Source: Acidobacteriota bacterium (GTDB taxonomy: Bacteria; Acidobacteriota; Terriglobia; Bryobacterales; Bryobacteraceae). From it: 64,000 bases of DNA. Below the pieces are notes generated by a model. That model was not told where the DNA came from. It saw only the letters and a list, made by a program, of their open reading frames with translations, and did not search any database. The stretch is taken from positions 3,706-67,705 of the forward strand of contig VFZY01000005.1 of NCBI GenBank assembly GCA_016870915.1. The letters run 5' to 3'. A program made the translations under genes and the position numbers. Positions 41,377-51,157 of the stretch are shown here, in pieces. How positions within the stretch are numbered: position 1 is the first letter of the stretch; each line of letters starts with the position of its first letter.

Positions 41377-42815
41377 TGCAGACTTTCGCGAATTACATCA
41401 ATGGCGAGTGGGTAAACGGGCCCACGTTTGAGAACCGCAACCCGGCCAACACGGATGACCTGGTTGGGCTCTTTGTCAAGGGCTCGGCGGCGGATGTCGA
41501 TGCAGCGGCCGCGGCGGCGGAGGCGGCGCTTCCGGCATGGTCCAACATGACGGGTCCGGCTCGCGGCAACATCCTTTTCAAGACGGCTGAGCTGCTGGAC
41601 CAGCGTTTCGAGGCGATCTCCGCGGAGATGACGCGGGAAGAAGGCAAGACGCTGCCAGAGGCCAAGGGCGAGGTTCGGCGGGCGATCAACATCTTCAAGT
41701 ACTTCGCCGGCGAAGGGTCAAGGATGGGCGGGTTCCTGGTGCCTTCCGAGCGCGACCGGGTGCACATGTTCGCCATCCGCAAGCCGGTGGGCGTGGTGGG
41801 TCTGGTGACGCCGTGGAATTTCCCGATCGCCATTCCGGTGTGGAAGCTGGCGCCGGCATTGATCTGCGGGAATACGATGGTGCTGAAGCCGGCCTCGGCC
41901 GCGCCGTTGAGCGCGTGGCGGGTGGTGGAGGCGCTGCATGACGCCGGGCTGCCCAAGGGCGTGGTGAACTTCGTGGCGGGCTCCGGCGGGACGTTGGGAA
42001 GCGCGCTGGTGAATGCCAGGCCGGTGAAGGCGGTGTCATTCACGGGGTCCTGCGAAGTGGGCAACTGGCTGCATGCGGAGGCGTCGAAGCGGCGGCTGCG
42101 AATTCAGTTGGAGATGGGCGGCAAGAACCCGACGATCGTGCTGGGGGATTGCGACTTCAATGCCGCAGTGGAGAACACGGTGAACGCCGCGATGTTCTCG
42201 ACGGGCCAGAAGTGCACGGCCACCTCACGCGCGATTGTGGAAGATTCGATCTACGACCGTTTTGTGGAAGCGCTGGTGGCGCGGACCCGGAAGCTGAAGG
42301 TGGGCAACGGGCTGGAGGCGGGCATCGATATCGGGCCGGCGGTGGACGAGGGTCAGCTTGAGACAAATCTGCGGTACATCGAGATTGGGCGGAAGGAAGC
42401 GGGTGAGCCGGTGGTAGGCGGGAATCGCCTGACGGGCGGCGCTTACGACAAGGGCTACTTCGTTGAGCCGACCATTTTCGCCAACGTCACCGAAGACATG
42501 CGGATCGCGCAGGAAGAGATCTTTGGGCCGGTGCTGGCCGTGATGCGCGCGCGGGACTTCGAGGACGCGATGGCGATCGCCAACCGTGTTCCGTTCGGGC
42601 TTTCGGCGTCGATTCAGACGACGAACGTGTCGAGGGTGTTCGAGTACATCTACCGGATGGAAGCCGGGCTGCTGACAGTGAACCTGCCGAGCGCCGGTGT
42701 AGAATACCAGTTGCCTTTCGGCGGCACCAAGGATTCGAGTTTTGGCCCGAAGGAACAGGGTCCCGCCGCGTTCGACTTCTACTCCGACTACAAGACGGTT
42801 TATCTCAAGTACTAA
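41376..42815 (+). CDS. NAD(P)-dependent aldehyde dehydrogenase, alpha-ketoglutaric semialdehyde (2,5-dioxovalerate) dehydrogenase-like
   Basis: ALDH motifs are present (VTPWNFP, LEMGGKNP with the catalytic Glu, FSTGQKCTATSR with the catalytic Cys, EEIFGPV). The start overlaps the LemA stop (TAATG). The substrate call is inferred from the adjacent KdaD-like gene. Confidence 0.85.
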   Translation: MQTFANYINGEWVNGPTFENRNPANTDDLVGLFVKGSAADVDAAAAAAEAALPAWSNMTGPARGNILFKTAELLDQRFEAISAEMTREEGKTLPEAKGEVRRAINIFKYFAGEGSRMGGFLVPSERDRVHMFAIRKPVGVVGLVTPWNFPIAIPVWKLAPALICGNTMVLKPASAAPLSAWRVVEALHDAGLPKGVVNFVAGSGGTLGSALVNARPVKAVSFTGSCEVGNWLHAEASKRRLRIQLEMGGKNPTIVLGDCDFNAAVENTVNAAMFSTGQKCTATSRAIVEDSIYDRFVEALVARTRKLKVGNGLEAGIDIGPAVDEGQLETNLRYIEIGRKEAGEPVVGGNRLTGGAYDKGYFVEPTIFANVTEDMRIAQEEIFGPVLAVMRARDFEDAMAIANRVPFGLSASIQTTNVSRVFEYIYRMEAGLLTVNLPSAGVEYQLPFGGTKDSSFGPKEQGPAAFDFYSDYKTVYLKY

Positions 42816-43657
42816 TGCGACTCGGACAGATTCAACACAATGACCGCACGGTGGCGGCGATTTTCGAGGGCGCCGTGGCGCGCCCCATTCCGGACTACAC
42901 GCTGCTTGCCCTGCTGCGCCGGGCCGAGGATGAAGGGGCCACGCTGGCGGGACTGGCGAACCGGCTGGTGAGTGCGCACCGGGAAGCAGCCGAGCCGCTT
43001 CTGCCCATTTCGCCGCGCGAGGTGTGGGCGTGCGGTTGCACCTACGAAACCAGCGCCGCGTTCCGGGATGCCGAGCATGGCACACGCGAAGGCTTCTATG
43101 CGCATGTCTACCGTGAGCCGCGGCCGGAGTTGTTCTTCAAGGGCACCGGACGCGTGTGCGTGGGTCCGAACCAGGCGATAGGGTTGCGGCCGGATTCGAA
43201 GTTCACGGCGCCGGAGCCGGAACTGGCCGTGCTGCTCGATAGCAGGGGCGTGGTGCATGGCTACACGCTTTGCAACGATGTTTCGGCGTGGGACATTGAA
43301 CGCGAGAATCCGCTGTACCTTCCGCAGTCAAAGGTCTACAACGCCTGCTGCGCGTTGGGGCCGGTGTTCGTGACCCCCGATGAGTTGACGGATCCCTACA
43401 ACCTGTATATGACTTGCACCATCACTCGCGATGGCGCGACGCTGTTCGCGGGTGAAACGTCCACGGCCCGGCTGCACCGGAAGATCGAGACGCTGGTTGA
43501 GTATCTGGTGATGTCGAATAGCATTCCTTGCGGCACCGTGCTTTCGACGGGCACGGGCATCATTGTCACCGAAGAAGCGGCGCTGCGGGCTGGCGACGTG
43601 TGTACGATCACGGTGGATGCGATCGGTACGCTTAGCAACGTAGCCGCCATCGTTTAA
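42815..43657 (+). CDS. fumarylacetoacetate hydrolase-family protein, 2-keto-3-deoxy-D-arabinonate dehydratase (KdaD)-like
   Basis: The stretch RPELFFKGT..RCVGPN..I..R.DS....PEPELAVLLDS.G...GYT..NDVSA.DIE.ENPLYLPQSKVY..CCALGP matches the Sulfolobus KdaD pattern as I recall it. It has a TAATG overlap with the ALDH gene. Confidence 0.8.
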   Translation: MRLGQIQHNDRTVAAIFEGAVARPIPDYTLLALLRRAEDEGATLAGLANRLVSAHREAAEPLLPISPREVWACGCTYETSAAFRDAEHGTREGFYAHVYREPRPELFFKGTGRVCVGPNQAIGLRPDSKFTAPEPELAVLLDSRGVVHGYTLCNDVSAWDIERENPLYLPQSKVYNACCALGPVFVTPDELTDPYNLYMTCTITRDGATLFAGETSTARLHRKIETLVEYLVMSNSIPCGTVLSTGTGIIVTEEAALRAGDVCTITVDAIGTLSNVAAIV

Positions 43658-43690
43658 GCTTTGGCGGGTTAGCCTGCAGGCTGGCGCCCC

Positions 43691-45265
43691 CTAAGGTGAA
43701 TTCAAGATACCGGCTGCCTTGTTGGCGATCATCGCGACAACGGCGTTGGGGTGCCCGCGTGGCACGCTCGGCATCACGGAGGCGTCGGCAATCCACAGCC
43801 CTTCGACGCCGCGCAGACGAAGATCCGGTGTCACGACACTACCCGAGTCTGTGCCCATGCGACAGGTGCCGGTGGGGTGATAGAGCGTCTGGATGTTGCC
43901 CGCCAGGTATTCGTAGAGATCGTCATCGCTGAGAGCGCCGGGGCCGGGCAGCAGTTCATCAGCGGACTCGGCGGCCAACGGCTGTGTGGCGACGATCCTG
44001 CGGGTGAGCCGCAGGCCTTCGATCATCACACGGCGATCGATGCCCTCCGGGTCCGTGAGAAGCGCGAAGTCAATGCGCGGTTTGGCGGCCGGATCCGGAC
44101 TGGCAAGACGCAGGGTGCCTCGCGAGCGGGGCTTGATTCCAATCACGGCGATGCTGAAGGCGTGCACCTGGGGCGGTTCGAGGCCTTCATTGCGCCATTC
44201 GAACGGGGCGATTGCCAGTTCCAGGTTGGGCGCCGGTTCATCGCCACCGATGCGGGTGAAGGCCAGTGCTTCGACCGCATTCGAGGCGAGGGGTCCTCGT
44301 TTGAACAGCAGGTAGCGCAGCAGGTTGCCGATGGATTCGGCGTTCTTGAGAGTGTCCTTCCTGTGGCATGAGACGACGACGGCCGCAGCGGGGTGGTCCT
44401 GCAGGTTCGCACCGACGGCGGGCAGGTCGCGCAGGACGGGAATGCCGTGGCTCTGCAGGTGATCGCCCGGGCCGATGCCTGACAGCATCAGGATCTGTGG
44501 TGAGCCGAAGGCCCCCGCGGCCAGGACGACGCCGCGTCCGGCGCGAAGGTCTTCGATCCGGCCGTCGCGCAGGATGCGAACACCGGTGCAGCGGCCGCTC
44601 TCGATGAGCAGGCTGGCCGCCACGGCTCCCGTGATGGTGTCGACGCGGCCGGTGGCAATCGCCGGCTCGAGATACGCGTTGTACGCACTGAAGCGTTTGC
44701 CACGGCGGTGTGCAATCTGGGTGATCCAGGCGCCTTCGGCGGCGCCGCCGTTGCAATCGGCGGGTCCCGTGATGCCCGCCGCGTGCGCCGCTTGAACGAA
44801 GCTGTGCGCAAGCGGGTGCACGTGGCGGTTGGTTTCAGTCAACATCGGTCCGCTATGGCCGCGGGGGAAGGCGGTATCGGGACCCTGAAAATTCTCCTGG
44901 CTGCGAAGGATGGGGGCAACGTCGTCCCAGGACCAGCCGGTGGCGCCCTGTGCCGCCCATTCGTCGTAGTCGGCCGGATGGCACCAGGTGTGCATCTGGG
45001 CGTTCATGTTTGAGCTGCCGCCCAGCATGCGGCCGCGGGGCGTATAGATGACGCGCCGGCCCCCGAGCTGGGGCTCGCTCTCGAAGTTCCAGTCGTGATC
45101 GCTTTTGAAGAGCTTGGCGAAGCCCGCGGGGATGGCAACAAACTGGCTGGTGGGCTTGTGCCCCGCTTCGATGAGCAGGGCACGGCGTCGGCCATCTTCG
45201 GTCAAACGGGCGGCAAGTACACTGCCGGCGGTGCCGGCTCCAACTACGATCCAATCGGGCAACAT
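43691..45265 (-). CDS. GMC-family FAD-dependent oxidoreductase (choline dehydrogenase-like)
   Basis: It starts DWIVVGAGTAGSVLAARLTED, has the GMC signature regions (GGSSNMNAQ, GP.DHL) and the C-terminal HPTGTCRMG...V.D..LRV.G...L.V.DASVMP. An AGGAGG SD lies 5 nt upstream. Confidence 0.9.
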   Translation of the reverse strand: MLPDWIVVGAGTAGSVLAARLTEDGRRRALLIEAGHKPTSQFVAIPAGFAKLFKSDHDWNFESEPQLGGRRVIYTPRGRMLGGSSNMNAQMHTWCHPADYDEWAAQGATGWSWDDVAPILRSQENFQGPDTAFPRGHSGPMLTETNRHVHPLAHSFVQAAHAAGITGPADCNGGAAEGAWITQIAHRRGKRFSAYNAYLEPAIATGRVDTITGAVAASLLIESGRCTGVRILRDGRIEDLRAGRGVVLAAGAFGSPQILMLSGIGPGDHLQSHGIPVLRDLPAVGANLQDHPAAAVVVSCHRKDTLKNAESIGNLLRYLLFKRGPLASNAVEALAFTRIGGDEPAPNLELAIAPFEWRNEGLEPPQVHAFSIAVIGIKPRSRGTLRLASPDPAAKPRIDFALLTDPEGIDRRVMIEGLRLTRRIVATQPLAAESADELLPGPGALSDDDLYEYLAGNIQTLYHPTGTCRMGTDSGSVVTPDLRLRGVEGLWIADASVMPSVPRGHPNAVVAMIANKAAGILNSP

Positions 45266-45330
45266 TGGACCTCCTTATGGCGGGCTATCGTAGCATGCGG
45301 CGGTGCAGGACCGTGTTCCCGGCGGACTTT

Positions 45331-46236
45331 CTACTTCGGGTAGCTGGGGTCCGTCTTCACTTCGTTCAGTTGCGCGGTGTGGCGCAGCGTGTGAGTGGAG
45401 AGCAGGATGAAGTACTGGTAGGCGTCCATGTTGTTCGCCACGCGGCCGCGCAGGTCTTCCTGGCTGGTGCGGAGGAACTCGATGGTCCGGTCGCGCTTGG
45501 GGTTGAACGCGGGGGCAATGGTTTCGGGGCCGGTGAACTTGCCGGAGGGGATCAGCATTTCGGGCGCTTTCGCTTTCTGGGAGCGATCAAGAATGCGGGC
45601 TTCGACCTTCTGGTCATCGGCGCGAGTCTTGCGCTGGCCGTCGCGGATGGGGGCCTTGAGCAACTGGTTGGTGATCATTCCGAAGAGCGCGTCCTCGGTG
45701 GTCACCAGATGCTCAGCACACTCGGCGATACTCCAGCGGTCCGGCGCGGGCTTAAACTTCCACTGCGCGGCGGTGACGCCTTCGAGCGACTTGTAGAACT
45801 CGCGACGCGAGCGTTCAAGGTGCGACAGGATGAAGTCGCGATCTTCGGCGCTGATGGGGACGGCGGCGGCCGGCTTGATTTCGAACTTCTCGCGTGTGAA
45901 TTTCACTGGGAGCATGGCTCCACCCTGGGACCACTCGCCGGTGAGTTCGGTGGCCCCCTCATTGGCCGAAGCCTTGAGGCTGGCCTTGATCATCTGGAAT
46001 TCGACGGTGACGGCGGAGCCATCGATCTTCGCCGCGCTGGCAGCCAACCCCATGGCTCCCTGATCGATGCTGTCGAGGGTGGCTTTCAGTGCGCCGTCGG
46101 CTTGACGGGTGAGGTGCAGGGCAACGCGCAGCGCGCCGCCGGGTGTCGTCATGGTGGCGTACCAGTCGCCGGTTGGATCAGCGGCCAGGGCCGCCGCCGT
46201 GGCCAGGATGGCAAGCCAGGGAGTGGAAAGTTTCAT
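45331..46236 (-). CDS. secreted protein with an N-terminal beta-rich domain and a DinB-family four-helix C-terminal domain
   Basis: The ATG is at 46236 and the signal peptide reads MKLSTPWLAILATAAALA. The C-terminal DinB-like pattern is W.F.P...RWSIAEC.EHL...E........ followed by ..HT.RHT.Q..E. Confidence 0.7.
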   Translation of the reverse strand: MKLSTPWLAILATAAALAADPTGDWYATMTTPGGALRVALHLTRQADGALKATLDSIDQGAMGLAASAAKIDGSAVTVEFQMIKASLKASANEGATELTGEWSQGGAMLPVKFTREKFEIKPAAAVPISAEDRDFILSHLERSRREFYKSLEGVTAAQWKFKPAPDRWSIAECAEHLVTTEDALFGMITNQLLKAPIRDGQRKTRADDQKVEARILDRSQKAKAPEMLIPSGKFTGPETIAPAFNPKRDRTIEFLRTSQEDLRGRVANNMDAYQYFILLSTHTLRHTAQLNEVKTDPSYPK

Positions 46237-46316
46237 TGAAAGTGCCCCTTTCAGGCCGCATACCGGCGCGTCGATTCCCCACTCCATGGTAGCCCAGGGA
46301 AGGTCCTGGAAGAGTT

Positions 46317-48821
46317 TCAAAGCGCCGGGCGCGTCAGGTAGCTCTCCGGAATGAAGTAGCTGCCTTCCGTAATGGACTGGGGCGCCCATCGTTTGAGGCG
46401 GCCCGCCAGTCCCGCCGCGTCCAGCCCGCCCGCGAGCGCTTCCTGAAAAGCCTGCGTCACCGCGTCCACCTGTTCGGGTGTCTCGTGTACAAACTCCACG
46501 CGGTAATGGCCGATGCCGGCACGGCGCCAGGTCTCCAGATGACGGCTTGCCTGCTGCGCTTCAGCGCCGAACACGGTGTTGCGGCAGCCCACGTCAGCCA
46601 TCACCGGGTGTTCGCGCCCCTGGGGGTCGCGCAGTGTGACTCGGTGCTTCTCACAGGGATGGCCGCAATCGCGGTAGCTGGTGCCGGTGGAGAGGAAACG
46701 GCAGAAGACGCAGTGTTCGGTGTGGAAGACAGGCAGATGGTGATAAAGGATCGCCTCAACCTGTGCCGCGCCAGTAGACGCGGCGAGGGCCGCCACCTGG
46801 GCAGCGTTCAGGTCCAGCCCTGGCGTAATGCGATCCAGCCCCATCTCAAGCAGCAGCGTGGCGCTGATGGCATTGGCCGCGTTCAGGCTGAAATCGCCTG
46901 TAAGGCCGGGCTGCCGGTGCTCGCACAGCGTGCGCAGCAGACCGGCTGAACGCACCAGCAGCGCGCAATCCAGCTTCCGCAGAAAGTGGACGATGCGTTC
47001 TTCATCCGGCTTGAGCACGCGCGGGCTTGTGGCGCGTGGTTCGATGCCCGAGGCACGGATGCGGTCCAGCGAAGGCCGCAGGCCGTAGAGGTCAAGGTAG
47101 TCGAGTGTGATGCTGGCCGGGCGGCGGGCGATGGCGGCTTCCAACTGTTCCGGTGTGCGCACCAGCAGATGGAGCCTTGGCGCGCCAGCCGCCGCCGGCC
47201 GGCCGGGTGGCGGAAGCAGTTCCCCGAGCGCGGTGTCAGGATCGTTTACCGGACGCCTGAATGGGCGCGTTCGCTCGGCTGCGAGAAGCTCCACAGCCTG
47301 CCGCCGTATGCGATTGAGCAGCGACACAGGGGCGAACGGCTGGCCTTCAACATCAAGATGAAGCGAGCCCAGTTCGAACGGCGTACCGCCCAGGCGGCCA
47401 AACTGCTCCACCAGGGCTTCCCGCGTGATTCCCTGGCTGCGGGCAACACCCAGCGGTTCGTTGGCCTCGGGCTGCACCGTGATGCCCTCGCATGTCCACG
47501 CGGTGCTGATTGGGCTGCCCTCGCGGGCTCTCACATGGATATCGACACGGCGGCGATGGAGCGGCGCCGCTGCTGCTGTGAAACGGCGAGCGGCTCTGGC
47601 AATATCCGGATCATCGGTGCGCCACACGAGATCGCCGGGCCGAATTCGGGTGGTGTCGATGGCGCCGTTGCCGAAGCGGAGTTCGATGCCTTTGCCGGGC
47701 ACGCTGAATATCTCGCTGAACATCTCAAAGATCCGGCCACCCTCTTCGGGTTCGTCCGGGCTCCGCCAGTCGGCGGCATCGAAAACTATGCCGTCTCCGG
47801 GTTTGAGTGTGATGGCCTCGGGCTGGATGTACACCGAATTGGCGGTGACCTCTTTCACTCGCCCGGCCAGGACTCCGCGGTGGCGTCCGGCGCGGCCGCG
47901 CACCACTTGCTGATGGTTGACGCCCTGAATGAACCAGGGTCCCAGACCACGTGAGTAAACCTGTTCCAACTGATGCCGCACGGTGGCATCCGCCGGTATA
48001 GCGCCAGTGCTGGCAGCATCGACGGCTTGGCGGTACACGGCGGTGGTGAGTCCAACATACGCCTCGTCCTTGTAGCGACCCTCGATCTTGAGTGACGCGA
48101 TGCCGAGCGCGGCGATCTCGCCGATGTGATCGAGCGCCATGAGGTCTCCCGGGGAGAGCAGATAGCGCGCGTCGCCCAGGGGCATGTGATTGCCATCCAC
48201 CATCAAACCGTAGGAGAGCCGGCAGGCCTGGGCGCACTGGCCGCGATTGGCGCTACGCCCGCCCCAGGCCTCGGAGGAGAAGCACTGGCCGGAGTAAGAG
48301 ACGCACAGGGCTCCGTGCACGAAGATCTCGAGCTCGGTTTCCGTCCGCTGACGGATGGCGCGGATCTCGGCGAGCGAGAGTTCGCGGGCCAGAACAACGC
48401 GGCTCACACCCAGGGAGCGGGCAAACTCGACGCCTTCGGCGCTGGTGATGCTCATCTGGGTGCTGCCGTGAATGGGCAAGCCGGGCGCGATGCGGTGCGC
48501 CAGGCGTGCAACGGCCCAGTCCTGCACGATGATGGCGTCGGCGCCGGCCCGGGCGATCTCGGCCAGCGCATGGGCGGCATCGGCCAGTTCATGATCGAAC
48601 ACAAGCGTGTTGAATGTGACGTACCCCTTCACGCCGCGCTCATGGAGTGTGCGCATCACGGCGGGCAGTTCGTCGAGCGCGAAGCCAACCTTCGCCCGGG
48701 CAGTGAAGTGATGCAGGCCGAAGTAGACCGCGTCGGCGCCGGCTTCGATGGCTGCGCGAAGCTGCGGCCAGTAGCCGGCCGGGCTCATCACTTCCGGCTT
48801 GCGAGGAGGCGTGGGGGGCAA
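46317..48821 (-). CDS. peptidase U32 family protein (long form with C-terminal extension)
   Basis: The sequence KPEVMSPAGYWPQLRAAIEAGADAVYFGL...F.ARAK..F is followed by the conserved E.FVHGALC.SYSGQC..S pattern. The start (TTG 48821) is uncertain; GTG 48791 and ATG 48788 are alternatives. Confidence 0.85.
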   Translation of the reverse strand: MPPTPPRKPEVMSPAGYWPQLRAAIEAGADAVYFGLHHFTARAKVGFALDELPAVMRTLHERGVKGYVTFNTLVFDHELADAAHALAEIARAGADAIIVQDWAVARLAHRIAPGLPIHGSTQMSITSAEGVEFARSLGVSRVVLARELSLAEIRAIRQRTETELEIFVHGALCVSYSGQCFSSEAWGGRSANRGQCAQACRLSYGLMVDGNHMPLGDARYLLSPGDLMALDHIGEIAALGIASLKIEGRYKDEAYVGLTTAVYRQAVDAASTGAIPADATVRHQLEQVYSRGLGPWFIQGVNHQQVVRGRAGRHRGVLAGRVKEVTANSVYIQPEAITLKPGDGIVFDAADWRSPDEPEEGGRIFEMFSEIFSVPGKGIELRFGNGAIDTTRIRPGDLVWRTDDPDIARAARRFTAAAAPLHRRRVDIHVRAREGSPISTAWTCEGITVQPEANEPLGVARSQGITREALVEQFGRLGGTPFELGSLHLDVEGQPFAPVSLLNRIRRQAVELLAAERTRPFRRPVNDPDTALGELLPPPGRPAAAGAPRLHLLVRTPEQLEAAIARRPASITLDYLDLYGLRPSLDRIRASGIEPRATSPRVLKPDEERIVHFLRKLDCALLVRSAGLLRTLCEHRQPGLTGDFSLNAANAISATLLLEMGLDRITPGLDLNAAQVAALAASTGAAQVEAILYHHLPVFHTEHCVFCRFLSTGTSYRDCGHPCEKHRVTLRDPQGREHPVMADVGCRNTVFGAEAQQASRHLETWRRAGIGHYRVEFVHETPEQVDAVTQAFQEALAGGLDAAGLAGRLKRWAPQSITEGSYFIPESYLTRPAL

Positions 48822-48888
48822 TCTTCAGGGTACAGGTTCGTGGCTGGGCCCGGAGAGTTGCGCACGGTGGCTGAAGGGACCGGGGAGG

Positions 48889-49920
48889 CTATTCGAAGTA
48901 GAGGTAAATCAGAATGACGGCTGTAAACACCGCTGTGAAGATCGGAACCAGGCCCCACATGGTGTTATTCTCCCGCGCAAGGACCTGGACTGGCGGAACG
49001 TGCCGGCTTGCGGGTACAGCGAGCAGTTCCGATTCCGCCTGTGCGGGCTCCGGGACTTCGGCCTCGTCCGATCCTGCCGGCGGTTCGGTGGCTGCACAAC
49101 CGTCGAACAGGTTCACCCGGTGGGCGACCATCGCCGCGAGTTCTTCCGGGCCGGCCGCCAGGCTTGCCGCCACAACGGGTGGAAGTTCGGAAATCAGTTC
49201 CTCGAAGGTGGCGTCCTTGAGCGGCTTGAGTACCGCGAATCCCAGCAGGTCGGCCAGGCGGCAGGCGAAATGGATGGCGCCTTGCATGTCGATCGCGGCG
49301 CCGGAGGGCGGGTCGTGGTGGCGGCCGGTGGCGATGGCGAACTCCGGGCCGAGATTCCACCGATGGGCCAGCAGGCGGCCGATTTCGCAATGATCGGCGC
49401 CGAACAGGCGTTGTTCCTCGTCGAGCAGGTCAATCGGGTCGCGATCTGCCTCGCGCAACATGCGTGCGTATTCGTGGGGCGCCGCCGCCAGCAGTCCCAG
49501 CCGGCCCACGTCATGCAGCAGACCCAGCGTGTAGGCCTGATCTTCGGGTAGCTTCGCCGCCACGGCCAATTCCCGCGCCAGAATTGCCGAGGCTAACGTA
49601 TGGCGCCAGCAGCGGCGCAGTTCGCCCAGATGCATCGCGGAGCGAAGGTAGCTACCGGTGGCCACCGTGGCGGCCAGCCCCTGCAGGCGCTCCACTCCCA
49701 GTGTCACCACCGCGTGATGCAGGCTGGTGATTCCGGCGCCGCGGGCATAGAGCGGCGAATTGACCAGCCGCAAGAGCTGCGCCGCGAACACAGCATCGGA
49801 CGTGATGATCTCGCTCAACTCGGCGAGTTCCACGTCATCGTTGCCCGCCAGGTCAAGCACACGCAGAACCACCGGGGGAAACGCCGGAATGTTGGCCAGG
49901 ATTTTCGGCAGTTCCGCCAC
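48889..49920 (-). CDS. HDOD-domain protein with a C-terminal hydrophobic tail anchor
   Basis: The HDOD pattern is present (P.FPPVVLRVLDL..N.D....ELSEII..D..FAAQLLRLVNSP.Y........SL..AV..LG....). The HD-like region is LGLLHDVG and the extreme C-terminus is MWGLVPIFTAVFTAVILIYLYFE. Confidence 0.8.
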   Translation of the reverse strand: MAELPKILANIPAFPPVVLRVLDLAGNDDVELAELSEIITSDAVFAAQLLRLVNSPLYARGAGITSLHHAVVTLGVERLQGLAATVATGSYLRSAMHLGELRRCWRHTLASAILARELAVAAKLPEDQAYTLGLLHDVGRLGLLAAAPHEYARMLREADRDPIDLLDEEQRLFGADHCEIGRLLAHRWNLGPEFAIATGRHHDPPSGAAIDMQGAIHFACRLADLLGFAVLKPLKDATFEELISELPPVVAASLAAGPEELAAMVAHRVNLFDGCAATEPPAGSDEAEVPEPAQAESELLAVPASRHVPPVQVLARENNTMWGLVPIFTAVFTAVILIYLYFE

Positions 49921-49990
49921 GCGCTCTTCGAGAACTCCTCCGGGTCTTATCGGCCGGGGCGGCCGATTCCTGATCGCGAAAATGAGCGGG

Positions 49991-51157
49991 TTAACGCAGG
50001 ACCAGTGTCGTCACGGTTTCGACGTGGAAGGTCTGCGGGAAAAGATCAATCAGTGTCTGTTCTTCGATGGCATAGCCGCCGGCAAGAAGCGCGGCCAGAT
50101 CGCGTGCCAGTGTGGCTGGATCGCAGGAAACGATGCGAAGACGGGGAGCGCGCAGCCGCAACAGGTGCTGCACGGCGTCGCGGCCCAGACCGGCGCGCGG
50201 CGGGTCCGCCAGGATGAAGTCGGGTGTGGTGTCGAGGGCGGCCAGGTAGGCCTCCGCCGCCAGTTGGACGCCGTGCAGCGGGACGGCGGCACGTTCGGCA
50301 TTGAAGCGGAGGCCGGCGGCGGCCAAACGGCCGGACTCGACGGCTTCGGCGCGTTCAAAGCGGCGTGAAAGCGGAAGAGAAAACAGACCCACGCCTGCGT
50401 AAAGATCAAGCGCGAACCGCCCTGTCTCTTCGCCGCAAGCCAGATCGACCAGAGCGTCGATGAGGTGCCGGTTCACCTGAAAGAACGCACCATGGCTCAC
50501 GCGGAAAGTGTCTCTGCCGGTGACGTATTCAAGCGACGGCGCATCGGCGCCCGGAATGACCTCGCCGCACCAGGTGAAGAAGCCGCGAGACACGCCGGCG
50601 CCAGTCTCCAGAACGTTGAGTTGCACCTGTGTCTCGTTGGTGAACAGTTCGATGGAGCGGATGAATCGCGGCCAGCGCCGGTTGTGCGTCATTCGTTCAA
50701 GGGCGCCGATGGCGGTATTGAGCATGGGTGAGGCAACGGGGCAGTTCGAGATGGGTCGCAAGGTGTGGGTGCCGGCTTCGAGAAATCCCATGCGGCCATT
50801 CTGGAAGTGGAGTTGAATCCGGTTTCGGTAACCCCAGGGTTCGCCGGTGACCGTCCGAATCTCCTCGGGCGCTTCCACACGGCCCACGCGGGCCAGCACT
50901 TCGCGCAGAATGTCGCGCTTGGCCGCGACCTGGAAAGTGTATCCGGCGTGCTGCAAGTGGCAGCCGCCGCAGCGGCTGAAGTGCGGACATGGCGCATCGA
51001 TTCGCTCAGGCGACGGAGTCAGGATGACTTCCGGCACCGCTTGAGTGAAACCGTTGCGTGATTGGATAACGCGGGCTTCGATGCGTTCTCCAGGCAGCAC
51101 AAACGGAGCCATGACAACCCCCTGGCGCTCCCCTTCCGCTCCTGCAAGACGGCCCAA
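49991..51157 (-). CDS. 23S rRNA (uracil-5-)-methyltransferase RlmD/RumA-like, with a 4Fe-4S Cys cluster
   Basis: It has the CPHFSRCGGCHLQH cluster motif, the SAM-binding DLYAGVGLFSLPL and a catalytic-region C-terminus (DPPRAG...VSCDP.TLARD). The TTG at 51157 is the first conventional start, but TRAM-like coding sequence continues upstream (see findings). Confidence 0.85.
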   Translation of the reverse strand: MGRLAGAEGERQGVVMAPFVLPGERIEARVIQSRNGFTQAVPEVILTPSPERIDAPCPHFSRCGGCHLQHAGYTFQVAAKRDILREVLARVGRVEAPEEIRTVTGEPWGYRNRIQLHFQNGRMGFLEAGTHTLRPISNCPVASPMLNTAIGALERMTHNRRWPRFIRSIELFTNETQVQLNVLETGAGVSRGFFTWCGEVIPGADAPSLEYVTGRDTFRVSHGAFFQVNRHLIDALVDLACGEETGRFALDLYAGVGLFSLPLSRRFERAEAVESGRLAAAGLRFNAERAAVPLHGVQLAAEAYLAALDTTPDFILADPPRAGLGRDAVQHLLRLRAPRLRIVSCDPATLARDLAALLAGGYAIEEQTLIDLFPQTFHVETVTTLVLR

